Positions 41,617 to 54,900 of a stretch of DNA of 63,472 nucleotides are shown piece after piece (positions within the stretch are counted from its first letter, which is position 1; each line of letters opens with the position of its first letter). This DNA comes from Octopus bimaculoides (lineage: Eukaryota): NCBI RefSeq assembly GCF_001194135.2, contig NC_068981.1:154737800-154801271 (forward strand), in the 5' to 3' direction. The notes below the pieces were generated by a model. The model was not told the DNA's origin, did no database searches, and saw only the letters and a list, made by a program, of their open reading frames with translations. Both the position numbers and the translations under genes were made by a program.

Positions 41617-42984
41617 GTTGTTGTTTAGTTTCATGTCAACCGTTATTGGGCGGATTTATGATCAAAGCATTCCAGCCATGACCATCATGCCATTTTTTTT
41701 GGTTTGTTTTTCAGGAGTGGTGAACACAGGATTATATTGTATTCTTGTCTTTAATTTGGTAGGATATGATTTGAAAGAGATTTAGCTGCTAAAACTAGCA
41801 GATCAAATAACTGCATAGAAGCTCCTACAAAGGTAGACAAGTAGAGTGAATGTCTTGCTAAAGGATATAATGCAGTCTTTGAGTTCAGTATTTTAACCAC
41901 TCAGTAGCATTTGTTCAGGAACATACACTGTTACATTTATTTTAAAACATGTGGAGATCATAACTGAAGTACAGCTCTGTCAAAAAACATTTGGTTGCTT
42001 ATACTTTCTAGTAAAATTTAACAGATATAAATTATAAAAAAAACAAAAAAAAATTGCTATTGAAAAACAAAATGGTTCATATTTTGTCATTAAAAAAACG
42101 CTTTCAGTGCTTCTTTTAAAATATGAAGTATGTTTATTTACACAAAGAATTTCAAGAATGATTAAAAAAGAAAAGAAAATCGAGAGGTGAATTGTGTATA
42201 TCCTCATTACTTGACACTAATAGCTTCCTTTTTGTTTCTGAAGTTGAAAATGAAAGTTAATTAATATTCAGAAATAGACAATTGAATAATATTGATTTCT
42301 TACATAGGCACAATGTCTCTCATTTGTAGAATGAGTACAGAGATTGTATTATGTTCCTTGTATTAACATACACAAATTAAAGTAGGTATCTATATTCAAT
42401 GGACAACAACAATATGCAAACACTACAAAAGAGGGCAAACAATAAATAGTACATTCACCAAAATAACTGTCATGTGAAAGATACTGTAACAAACTCTGAA
42501 ACTTTTTTTGTGAAAAATAATAGAAAAATTTGAGAAAACTATCCAGACAGGATTAGGGAAGAAAATAATGTGTCTTCATTCAGTCTCCGGATTTGAGAAG
42601 AAAATAATGTCTTTTCATCTGTCCAAATATTGCAAATATATCCAAATATTGCTATAAGACACAAAAAACATTAAGAATCTACTGATAGAGGTGAAACATG
42701 TGGAAGATACAGATAGAAACTATTCTAATATTAAAAGAAACATTAAGAATAGTCAAAGAGAAAACAGGGAAAAAAAGAGAAAGAAAACATTTACACATTA
42801 CAATAAATAGCATAACAAGACAGCATCTATTCCACACAGGGCCATTAACATAGATTGAATGTATCAAGCACACTGATGCGAAACAATGTCACATGTACCT
42901 AAGATAGAAACAGATGAATGAGTTGCAGAAGAAAGCTGTACTGAAAAGTGAGATAGTAGTAGCAGTAGTAGTAACAATAATGAT

Positions 42985-44269
42985 AATTCTTTCTAACTTT
43001 GGCACAAGGAATGCAATTTTGAGAGGTCAGGGGAAATCAATTACATTGTCTCCAGTGTTCAACTGGTACTTTATTTTATGGACCCTGAAAGGAAGAAAGC
43101 AAAGTTAACCTCAGTGGGATATGAGCTATAAGTATAACAAATCGAATGAAGTGCCATAAGCATTTTGTCTGATGTGCTCATGATTCTTCCAGCTCAGTGC
43201 CTTAATAACAATAAAAATAATGATAATAATAATACTAACCTTTTCTACTACAGGCACAAGGCCTGAAATCTGGGGCAGGGATATAGTTGATTACACTGAC
43301 CCCAGTACTCAACTGGTACTTATTTTATCATCTCCAAAAGGATGAAGGGCAAAGTCAACCTCAGTGGAATTTAAACTCAGAACGTAAAGATGGACGAAAT
43401 GCTGCTATGCATTTTGCCCGATATGCTAACAATTCTGCCATTTCACCACCTTAATGATAATAATACTAATCTTTTCTATTAAGGGCACAAGGCCTGAAAT
43501 TTTGGGGAAGGGGACTAGTCGATTACATCGACCCCTGTGCTTAATTCACTGGTGCTTAATTTATTGAACCTGAAAGGATGAAAGGCAAAGTTGACTTCAG
43601 TGGAATTTGAACTCAAAAGATAGCAGCAGATGAAATACCACTAAGCATTTCACCTGGAGTGCTTACGATTCTGCCAGCTCGCTGCCTAAAATAATAATAA
43701 TGATAAATACTAATAATAATAATAATAATAATAATGATGATGATGATAATAATCCTGTCTACTATAGGCACAAGCTTGAAATTTTGGAGGAGAGGGCTAA
43801 TTGATTACATCAACCCCAGAGCTACACTGGTACTTATTTAAAGGACCCTGAAAGGATGAAAGGTAAAGTTGACTTAAGTGGCATTTGAATTCAGAATGCA
43901 AAAAGCGAAAAGAAATACCACTAAGCATTTTATCAGACATGCTAATGATTCTGCTAACTCACTACCTTTTAATGATAATGATATTAATGATTTCAAATTT
44001 TGCCACAAAGCCAGCAATTTTAGTAGTAGGAGCTAAGTCAGTTACATCAGCCTTAGTGCTCAACTGGAACTTATTTGATCAAACCCGAAAGGATGAAAGA
44101 CAAATTTGACCCTGTCTGCATTTGAACCCAGAATGGATTAAATACTGCTAAGCATTTTGCCCAGTGTGCTAACAATTCTGCCATTTTGCTGCCTTAAATA
44201 ATAATAATAATAATAATAATGGTTTCAAATTTTGCCACAAGGGCAGCAATTTAGGAGGAGGGGATGAGA

Positions 44270-44270
<1 letters not shown>
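42985..44270 (-). repeat. Head-to-tail array of five full and one partial family B SINEs in (AAT)n
   Basis: The same roughly 220-bp unit recurs, each separated by an (AAT)n tract. Confidence 0.85.
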
Positions 44271-44302
<32 letters not shown>

Positions 44303-44306
<4 letters not shown>

Positions 44307-44483
44307 AGCTCCAATTATATCATCCTAACGGAGTATTGCGCTCAAACAATATTAGCATAAACTGTGGCATTTTCCAAGGTGACTCTCTTTCACCACTAAT
44401 TTTCTGCATAGCACTAATACCACTCTCAAGTGAACTGAATAGAACAGGGTATGGCTACAAAATTGACAACAGGAAAATAAGCA
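44303..44483 (+). mobile_element. R4/Dong-like non-LTR reverse transcriptase fragment
   Basis: ISINCGIFQGDSLSPLIFCIALIPLS..GYGYKI..KIS. It starts right after an (AAT)n run and breaks off before the YMDD motif. Confidence 0.75.
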
Positions 44484-44510
44484 ACAATGTAACCTTCATG
44501 TAATTAAGGT

Positions 44511-44606
44511 ATTCTCAGCCTGATGATTAGCTAAGTTGAGCACTCCTCATTGAATAATTATTACATCAGTGGATCAGCTAGCTAAGAAACATATGTAGCT
44601 TAGATT
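44511..44606 (+). ncRNA. Type I hammerhead ribozyme (HHR-3)
   Basis: ATTCTCAGC-CTGATGA-TTAGCTA..(59 nt)..TAGCTAA-GAAA-CATATG-TA-GCTTAGATT. Core intact, palindromic stem III ACATATGT, GUA triplet; stem I is 7/9 paired and 10.1-11.1 is U-A. Confidence 0.8.
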
Positions 44607-44629
44607 TTACCTGTTCCACTCCCTCAATT

Positions 44630-44709
<80 letters not shown>

Positions 44710-44930
44710 AGCACTCCGTCGCTTACGACGTTGAGGGTTCTAGTTGATCCGATCAACGGAACTGCCTGCTCATGAAATTAACGTGCAAGTGGCTGAGCAC
44801 TCCACAGACATGTGTACCTTTAACATAGTTCTCGGGGATATTCAGCGTGACACAGTGTGACAAGGCTGGCTCTTTGAATTACATATATATAGCAAATGAA
44901 AGACAGAAGATGGAATATACAAGAATTTAT

Positions 44931-45046
44931 TATTAATCATGACAATTGTTTCGACACATCTAGCATCGATTCCTCTTGGATGGGACACTCAACAACTGGT
45001 TCAGGAGCATCTGGTGGTGCAGATGTATCTCATCAGGTGATAAATA
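44931..45046 (-). ncRNA. Type I hammerhead ribozyme (HHR-4)
   Basis: TATTTATCAC-CTGATGA-GATACATCT..(77 nt)..AGATGTGTC-GAAA-CAATTG-TC-ATGATTAATA. Core intact, G10.1-C11.1, palindromic stem III ACAATTGT, GUC triplet; the first stem I pair is a C.A mismatch. Confidence 0.8.
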
Positions 45047-46442
45047 GATAAAACTTGTTAAAATGACTGTTCCACAATATAACTTTCCGTTTTGTAGAGA
45101 GAAAAGCAGCCAGATGGAGGAAATATCTTCATTTATGTAGAAGATCAAAAATAAAATCACAGATGAAAAAAAGAGAAATCAACACGCAACCCAGCGAGAA
45201 AAGTATATATATATTTTGTGTGTGTGTATATAACTGTAATAGTCATAAATGAATGTTACTGTCATGCAAGCAGTTTCCTTACTTTCCCATTTTCCATGGA
45301 AGCATGTCTAGTCATAGGAAATATTACCTTACTTGGAAACAGATGAGAGTTGGCAACAGGAAGGGCATCCAACTGTAGGAAATCCACCTCAATAAATTCC
45401 ATCAGACCCGTGGAAATGTGGATCTTAAAAGATGATGATGATAATGATGAGTACATGGCTTAAATTATACAGCAAACAGAAAGTATGACTGTGTAATGTT
45501 TGTGACTTTCTCAGGGACATGACAACAATAAAAGTACATTTTTCTTTTTATTTCTATTTAAGAAAACCTAGAGTAAGTACTGTTCCAGGCCAAGTGAACC
45601 AATTCATAATATATGTCATCCAAGGTCGAGCATTACTTATTTACAAATGTCCTTCATTTATTCCTCAATCACCACCTCTCCAGGGAGATAATTTGGAATT
45701 AATGAAGAAAACGTGCAAGAAAGAAGAAATATAAAGCGAGAGAAAAATGTTAATAATAAAAAGGAAAAACAAAATAGAAGTATAAATGAAAAGCTGATGC
45801 AGAACAGGCTGGAAGAAGACAGGATACAGTTATTTGTAAAGTTCTTCTTGGCATGCTGCCAAAAAAAGAAGTGAACTTAAGAAAGATAATACAAATCCAA
45901 ATAACAAAGAAAAAACAACTTATAAACTTCTACATAGTAGGTCAAATATATACAGATATGTCAGCAGTAAACATAATAACAAAAATGACCAACTTATAAG
46001 CTTTTAATGTTTTGGAAGTGTTCGGGGTTTTCAGTTTTCAGCTGGGTAAATAATACTGAGAATCAACACTTAGTTAATCAATTCCTTCCTTGTACTTCAA
46101 AACATGTAATATGTCTGCACTTAAAACTTACTTCAACAAAGCTAGTTTCCTCTTCACTAAAAATTAATAATAGAATCCAGTCAGCAAATAACCGAATTTT
46201 GTTAAATTATGGAAACAATAAAAGCTTACAACATATTTTGAACTCATGGGCCACTTAAAAGGTCAAATGAATGTCTTTTATTTAGGAGTTTTGCAAATAT
46301 TGATATATGTATTACAAGTCTTTTGAACTTTCCGTTATTACAACAAAAAGTTATAATTTGTAAAAAAATAAGCATGTTGAGAATGATCAGTATCAAAAAA
46401 TTTCATTATCCCAAGATTACTATTATTGATGTATAAACTACA

Positions 46443-46476
<34 letters not shown>

Positions 46477-47183
46477 TGTGTGTGTTTCATTAAATACATG
46501 ACATAGTTAAAGTTTTATTTGTTTTTTGTTTCAGACTTTATGTATTTTCTACAGCTAGTTCCTAAATTCATATTCAATGTCTCATTTTCAAGAATTGAAT
46601 AGATTTTGCATTTATGTTTTTCTTTTATATTGTTTAACTTCATACAGACTTTTCTGCCAAAGGCTTTTTGACCATTAGACAACAGCAGTCTCATGTTGAT
46701 GTTAATTTGTTTTGTTGTGGTCAAAGTTTTGGCTATTAGGTTTTCATGCTAGTATTCATGTGTTAATTTTGTAGGTCTGTGTGTTGTTTGCATATTTATT
46801 TCACTATTGTATTGTGATTATAAATGTTGCTTACTTCCATGATTAGTCTTCTTGGAAATGAGGCTATAAAGGTCTGGATATGTTGACTATGAATTTAGGA
46901 ACTTTACTGTTCCAAACTAACTGTAAAAGCATTAAGAAATTACAATGAAAAACTAAAATAAAAAGATGAAACTTGAACTCAGTCATGTATTTAAAGAAAC
47001 ACATATAATAGAAAAGCAGTATCCCATACATATATATCATCATCATCATTGTTCTAATATCCACTCTTCCATGTTCATGGACAGAATTTGTTGGGGCACA
47101 TTTTTTAAAGCCAGATGACCCTCCTATCACCAACCCTCACCTATTACCAAATATGTCAATATTGTCAAGGAAAGGATATACTA

Positions 47184-47219
<36 letters not shown>

Positions 47220-50175
47220 TATATATACAATGGGTTCAGTTTCTATCTAGCAAATCCACTCGTAAAATTTTGATCATCCTGGAGCTATAATAGAGGACAC
47301 TTGCCCAATATGCAATGCAGTGGGACTGAACCTGGAACTGTGTAGTTGGGAAGCAAACTTACTACACAGCTATGTCTGTACCTTCTTTCCACACACATGC
47401 ACACACAAAATCAATAGCCTATATATAATGTAAGTGGTGTGTGTTTCATAACACATTGTACTATTGAAAAAAACCAATGCAAAGTTTGTCTGGCAAAATT
47501 TGAACAACTCATCATTTTATTGTTTAGCTGGTACTTTAATTATTTGGTCAGCTTTGTCTCCCATACTTTATTCCACACAGCTATATATTTTACCATCATT
47601 CTGTTACTAATTTAACTCAATAATTCTATATTTTTCTGTTTCATAAGGTCAGGATCTCATTAGTTAGGCCAAACCACTTCTCAATATTAAAAAAAGGTGG
47701 AAAGTTTAAAAAAGAAGATGCACAAGTTGCTATGAATATGGCTTAAAATAAGATTTAGCATAATCAGTTTATACAGGTCATTGAAAGAAATTTGTGATTT
47801 TAGTAACAGTTAAAATATTTCATTATCAATTAACAGATCTGAAGACTTGTAATTTCTGAATTACAAAATACAAAAAACTTCACTTCCCTGACCAATGCAT
47901 GCTTTGATTTAACAAGAATCTTTCAATCTTTCATGTTAATGACTATTATTTTCTTAGTTCTACAATTACACCATACACAGATGCTTATTGCGATAAATGC
48001 CATTTAGTTCAATAGCCCACCAAGATTCATCAAATGAAAGGGAAGATAGATAAAAGCTCTTAATATTTATTTCAAGATGACAAATTGGAGAAAAATATTC
48101 CAGTTCATTGTTTATTCATCAAAGATAAGTCATTTTCCAAGAGATATGCCTATTCTCTTGTATCAAGTACAGACTTAACACAGACAGCTATCATAACTAT
48201 TTACATTCTGATTACCATAACTATTATGCCTTTTATCATAACTGTCTTCATTTCATCTTATCAATAACTATGATTATATGAATAATAATTTCAAAAATCA
48301 ACATAATAATTGTAACTCCTAATATTAATCATAACGTGACTCTGAAGAAAGCTGTTTATGACCTGCCTCTATTGATAATTCATTTCCCTTTAGTCTCTTC
48401 AATTTTGCCAATAATCCTTATACCTCATCTGATGTGCTTAACTGTTCTAGTTTCTTTCTTCCTCTACACCTCTTTCTTTCTCCTATATGCACTCTCTTTC
48501 TCACTGACACAAACACATATACATACACACACATTTCTTCTGTAACAATGCCAATGATCAACTGATATTGTCACATACAATACTGATCATTCCCGCTAAA
48601 AATATCCAACTACTAATGTTTTGTTGGAAACGATAAACTGCTGCATGTCACGCAACCATTGTTCAAATAACATACACAGAAAGAAAAACATTTTGATAAA
48701 CATTATTGAATTTATTTGATTCAAATAGTCAGAAAGTGCACGGTGAAAATATCAATAAAAACTCAGCAAGTGGAAACTGATGACTGCTGAAAGAAACTTG
48801 ACTTCCGAGATTGAGTCAAAACTGACTCACAATTTGTAGGCATCACTAACAACATCTTAATGGCTTTTAATTGCACTGTTTCAAATTACACTCACAGTAA
48901 TAATTTTTACAGAAATCTTTACAGATAATCATTAGAAAATTGAAAGGGGAAAGACTTAAAATGAAAAACAAAAACAAATTACTAATAAGTAGAAAAAGGA
49001 AAAAAAACAGGGATGATCAAAATAAAGATAAAAAGCATTGATTCTTTATAGGGATTAATTCTAATTACACTCTTAAGATAATTTCAATGAGTATATGAAA
49101 CAGTCAATAAGGAAAACATTTATAGAAAATGTTCAAGAAATTAGGTCTGCAATTAAGTTTCCTAAATGGGAAAACAATTCCTAACAAATAAAACATAAAA
49201 ACAATTACAACAGACTGACATGAAAAGTATCTAATTTATTGACCAAACAAAGCAGCTATCAAGATATTAAAATCTGACCTAGTGCAACAGCTGGACTCCA
49301 AGGACATAAATATATTCATATTAACTTATCACTGACACTTGCTTTGAATTAGCATGATGATGATGATGGTGGTAGTGGTGGTGATTTCAATTCCTGCACA
49401 AAACTACAAATCTCAGTAGGGCAAGTAAAATAAATTTTATTGACTCTGGAAAGATGAAAGGTAAAGGTGACCTTAGCAGAATCTGAATTCAGAATGAAGA
49501 GAGACAAAATTTTAGTTTAGTTCAGCTGATGTCATTCTTCACTCTGTAGTATCCAATTTAGATACCTTGTGCCAGGCTTTATACTGCTTTCAATAGCAGA
49601 GACCTTTGAAAATATTCTTCAATTGAAATAAAACAACCTAATCCCCATCAACAGCAGAAAGTAAGATACAATTGCTAAATATATTAACAACATCCTCTCT
49701 ACTCATACAAAATTAAAACCCTCAAATACTTTAGAAATGCTTGATCTCATAATGTCTATATTGATCTCTTCTAGCAACTACAGGTACACAGCATTGTCAA
49801 AACTGCATTCCAAAGGCCAGGACTCTTCTTCAAAGCTAGAGAGTAATCCAGTCCTTATTAATTACTGATCTTACATGAAACTCAAATGTGACCCATATTT
49901 CAATACAACACATTTTTATGGAATAGTGCTGCTCCAATACATAAATATCCTAGACTCTAACAAAAACAAAAAAATCCATCAAACTGATTGGCAAAGATTA
50001 TGATAACTATTAAGACAAAGTTATCATACAGCCAATTTGTGATATTTTAGAAGTCCCTACTGACAAAAGTAGTGCATGTCCAATGTGAGATGTTTTAAGT
50101 TGCATATAGAAGTAACCTGTGACAGAAGATTAAGGAAAAAGGGAAAAGGATATGGTATTGTCTGCATAGGAGACA

Positions 50176-50214
<39 letters not shown>

Positions 50215-50259
50215 TGTATGTGTGCATGCATATGTGTGTATAGATAGAAGCAAGATCAT

Positions 50260-51200
50260 TTAATGTACATGAGGTAGTGTCTTGAAAGCATATCTAAATA
50301 CTAAAGTACACTCAAGTTAAAACAAATAGGTATTGGAGAAGGTCCTCTCTAGTATATGCTGTAAGTGCTGACTGTCAAGGAACTTCTGAGAGATAGACAG
50401 AGTCCATAGTTGGGGAACTTAGAGGTTTCTCTTATCAGATAGTCAAATGTTTATGATGTTAACATTACTTTCCCCAATGTTCCGAAGGGTGAGAGTCCTT
50501 CATTAGTGATGGTACTGGAAAGTTAGTTTCCAGTAGATTTGGTACAACAGAAACAGTCATGGTGATCACTAAAATAGGGAGAAGACTTAAGTTGAAGGGA
50601 TGAAGGAAATATTTATGACTGTGTCCATCACTTTTGGGATGTTAAAAGGAATTAATATCATTGAACCCTAGATTGACTCAAACTAAGCAAATCTATGATC
50701 AAACGTATTCTAGCTAAGTCTATCCAATATTTGTTTTTCAGTCTACGGGTCACATTATCTAATGTGTTGTTTCATTTTTAAGATAGAAAGGTATAATTTT
50801 AGGAAGATTTGTCTGCTATTTCAGGGAGATCAAGTGACCAAATAGAGGCTCCTTCATTGATTCACGCGTGTGATAAGGTGGCAGTTGGTAGATTTGGAGA
50901 AACTGTTCCTCTTGGGAATGGACACACTGCAAAGTATTTCAAAAGATTGGGATAAACCCCTTTGGAGAAAGATTGAGCTGATTAGCAACCTTCAATATGC
51001 CTCCTCAGTCTCCATTCAAAATTATTTGTTTTTGTCTTCTTTAATAATCTCAAATATTTTGCTCCCAAAAGCAATCTTCAATAAATGAGCTAATCTTTCC
51101 TTCTAAATATTTGCCCTGCATTCCAATTAGCAATGATTGATGAAAATGCACACCAATCTCATATTGCAGAAAATAAAACAAACATCTTCTGGCTACATCG
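50260..51200 (-). mobile_element. Decayed CR1/L2-type LINE RT region; a related piece lies at about 57780-58150
   Basis: Frameshifted matches to the VxPIPK..SNYRPI and LDISKAFD-like regions; heavily degenerate. Confidence 0.45.
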
Positions 51201-51779
51201 AAATGTACCTATAACAACTGAGACTGGCTCTCAAACTTAAAAGAAAATAACTTTGGCTAGCTCAAGAATGCCAGTCATAGAATTTATAAGTGATATTGAT
51301 TGAAGATATAATTCCACTAATGTTTATATGGAGAGCAATAAAAAAAAAATGTATGTTTGTTATTAAGAAACATTTGCAAACAACAACAATAACAATTTCT
51401 TTGTTTTGCCATAAGGACAACAAATAGTATATGGACAAGAAACAATATAATATAATACAATTGCTACAATAGAATACTATCAATTAAGCAAATATACAAT
51501 GAGGTATTTCATCCATCTCATTGTATATATTCTTTGTTTTATTTTCTCTCTTTTATATCTTAATCTATTCAATGTCCATGTTTTAGTTCAAAAATTTAGA
51601 AATGTGTTTTGAAGAACTCATCCCCTGCTCCCACATACACACCTCTTACATGTCATCATCCCCACCAAAACCACCACCACCACCACCACCACCATCACCA
51701 TCACCCTCATCATCATCATCATCATCATCATTATTATTTTACTTCCTAACTGCATCTCATCTAAGCTAATTTTCTTTCC

Positions 51780-52077
51780 CATTAGCTCTGCTACAACTCT
51801 CTCTTATGTTCATAACATGGTCCATCAGCTTGAAACCTCTGTTGTTATTTCTTTCTAGAGCATCACCTCTGCCCTTGAAGCAGTTGATGATAATGCTTTT
51901 ATACCAGGTACTGGGAATGAATCCTTCTTCTATTATGTAACTGACTGGTGCTGATTCATACTGATGCATACTACTTTGTAATATGGAACATCTTGCAGTT
52001 CTAATACTCCCATGGCAGAACATTGAACTCTTCTTCCATTTTTTATAGAGTGACATGTAGAATTTATGTGTCTGTCT

Positions 52078-52121
<44 letters not shown>

Positions 52122-52800
52122 AATCACTCACTACTGCACCATTCCACCATGTCACTTTTCATGTGACTGGAACTTTGCTTCAGCCATAGATCTGTTTTAT
52201 GGCTCACAACCAGTAGAAACATCGAAGTTGTTTTCTATCTTTTATGTCTTTAACTCCTCCTCCTTTTCAATAAACACATTATCTAGTACTTCTTTGAACC
52301 TACATTTAGCAGTGATATCTTTCAGCTTCTACACCTTTCTTTCCCAGACTGTCTTGTAACTCTTGTTCCTTCTAACTTTTACTTGATGTCTCTAATCAAT
52401 GATAACCTTTTGTATAGTTGTGAATTCTTCACTAGATGAAGACTTAGTATTCACAACTATCTGCTTATGTCATTTCCTGATAAATCTATCGGGTTTGTGT
52501 ATTAACTTGAGTGATAGATAATCAAATAACTAGCCGGTTTCCTCAAGTGAATGTAGCAAATAGTTAGCTCATTTACATTACACCTTATAACATACAATAG
52601 CTTCCATGTACACTGGAACAACTATTATAGCTAGGATAATGAGATGACTGTTGTCTGTTATTGAAAAAGGCTGCAAAGTGGGTCTGTCAGTCAGGCTCGA
52701 TTGTGGTGCAAATACAGAGAGCACTGTTTCTGTTGTGTTGTCTCTATGACTAGTCTTTTCTAAATTATTCAGTCACATACATTCATTACTTTATCCATTT
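51780..52800 (-). mobile_element. RTE LINE relic (endonuclease to RT start)
   Basis: IIEEGFIPSTWYKSIIINCFKGRGDALERNNNRGFKLMDHVM in ORF 51766-52119, and upstream TVLSVFAPQS resembling endonuclease SAYAPQ. Confidence 0.85.
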
Positions 52801-53115
52801 CTCTACCAACAATATATGTGTTATTCATTTTGAAAGAAAATAAAATGTATAAAGAAAAAGTTAGAAGGGTTCTCAAAAAATTATCACTAAAGCATTTGCT
52901 CTCTTGTGACAACACATTACCGAAAGGAATATATAAGTGATTTGAAATAGACTATAACTATAAGAGTACTGTTTTGATTTCTTAACAGCATTATTAAAAA
53001 CTTTTCACTTATTAAGCTATAATTGTTGAAAATAAGATACTTCCCATTAATAAAAAAAACAACAACACTCATTTCAAGCTTAAAAGAGGAGCAGCTACTT
53101 AGAATTTGATATACA

Positions 53116-53152
<37 letters not shown>

Positions 53153-54036
53153 AGCAATACAAAACTTCTCATTGCCAGAAACAAATGAGCTAGTACCCAG
53201 TAAAAATCTAAATAAGGGGTTGGATTTTGTGACTCATGTCTAGCAAATAAAATAGGAAAAGGCATAAATGGACACAAGTCATTATTATACTGCATACATA
53301 TTTTACAGCAAGACTCTACACAAAATATGACACTATCCAAACATACACGTCAAATAAGAAGGAAGAAAATAATCCTGACATAAAATTTACAATGGATCCC
53401 GGAAGACCACCTAAAATAAGAACATATATTCTCAACACCAAAAAGATATAAAACATAGTAATGGAACTTTTAAAATAAAGAATACATTATAAAAGTATAA
53501 AAATATATAACAAAAACAAGAGGATAAAACAAACAACAAAAATAAAAATATTCAAGTTGAAAACATTAAGAACATAAACCACACAGAACTAGCTCTTGCA
53601 AATAAATAAATAAATATATGAACACAACAAAATCAAACCGAAGCATATCTGCAGAATACTGATCAAAATAAGCCAAAAGTAGAACAACACAAACAATAAT
53701 ATAAATATGAGAAAGATTTGAGAACAGAAAATTCCAATGATGTAAATTCTGAAAATGACAATATTCCAAAGGTGGAAATAGTTTAGTTTAAGAAATAAAA
53801 TCAATAAATCTTCCTATGGACCAATAAAAGACAAGTGAAAGATAAAACTTAATGATAAAACAGCAACAGCAATAAAAAAGCTAAACTGGCCATCAGATGC
53901 GAACATTACCCTCGTTAGAATAAACTATTTATATGCATCAGCTACAATAGTAATACAGTAAAGTAAGTACTCCTTCAAATCTACTCATATAGGTGCAGAC
54001 ATAACTGTGTGGTTAAGAAGTTTTACTTTGCAGCTA

Positions 54037-54252
54037 CGAGGGGGTGCTGAAAAGCTTCTGGCTTTAGGTAAAAGAAAATACAAGAGGATCAGTTCATTAT
54101 GATTTTATTCAACATATTCCCCTCTCAGATTCACACACTTATTGCAGTGGTCCCTTGGGTTTTGTAAACCTTGTAAAAAGAACTCAGAAGGTTGGGCCTC
54201 CAGCCAGGCCTTTTGTGATACCCTTAAAGTCAGGAACTTTTCAGCACCTCAG
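54037..54252. mobile_element. Mariner-derived MITE inserted in a family A SINE head
   Basis: TIR CGAGGGGGTGCTGAAAAG..GGCTTTA / TAAAGTCAGGAACTTTTCAGCACCTCAG with TA TSDs (54035-54036, 54253-54254). SINE sequence resumes on the right. Confidence 0.85.
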
Positions 54253-54399
54253 TATATGTTGTTCCATGTTCAACATCACAACATAATACCTAAGATAAGT
54301 ATCTTGGGTTGACCGACAACTTTGAGAGTATGGAATTTGGTAAACAGACATCTCAGCAGATTGACTCATTTGTCACTACAACCAAATGAGGTACGTCAG

Positions 54400-54900
54400 G
54401 GTTGTTGAAATGTAAAGAGGATATTGTTTGGGTTTTTTTCAAGTGAAGTGTGTTTTTCAAGATTCTCAATAAAGAGTTTTGCCTGGCTGTCCTAAGACAT
54501 TTGAGAAAAGTAATGTGAAGAAAAATCCCCAGGGTTAAAACTTAAGAAAACATCAATGCTGCACCGTGATAATGTTGTTGTTTAATATCACCCCTTATCT
54601 GTAACTGTTTTGACAAAGTTCAAAACAGCTCTCATCTTGTTGTTCCCCTCCTCTCTGGATTTGGTCCAAAATTTATTGTGAAAGATGCTTGATTTCAGAC
54701 AATAGAAGAGATAAAAAAATATTTTCTACGACCACTGTACTACCTCTGAAAATTCCTTCCAGAACAAATTCCAAAACTGGAGAAAGTGTTGGGAGTAGTG
54801 TATCAACAGTGAAGGGGACTATTTTGAGGATGGTCTGATTAAATCTTATGTAAAGCAGTAAATTTGCTTTTTAAAATGTCTGGTTTCTTTTGGACACATT
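54400..54900 (+). mobile_element. Decayed Mariner transposase C-terminal fragment
   Basis: Translations INKEFCLAVLRHLRK, MLHRDN, QTIEEIKK and FQNWRKCWE*CINSEGDYFEDG. Confidence 0.8.

Noticed and set aside
42870-42892. CTGATGC-GAAACAATGTC
   Set aside because: No stem II between the core halves and no stem I.
48770-48810. CTGATGA..GAAAC motif, plus nearby minus-strand splice-like signals
   Set aside because: Stem II cannot form, the implied intron is only about 42 nt, and the reading frames close quickly.
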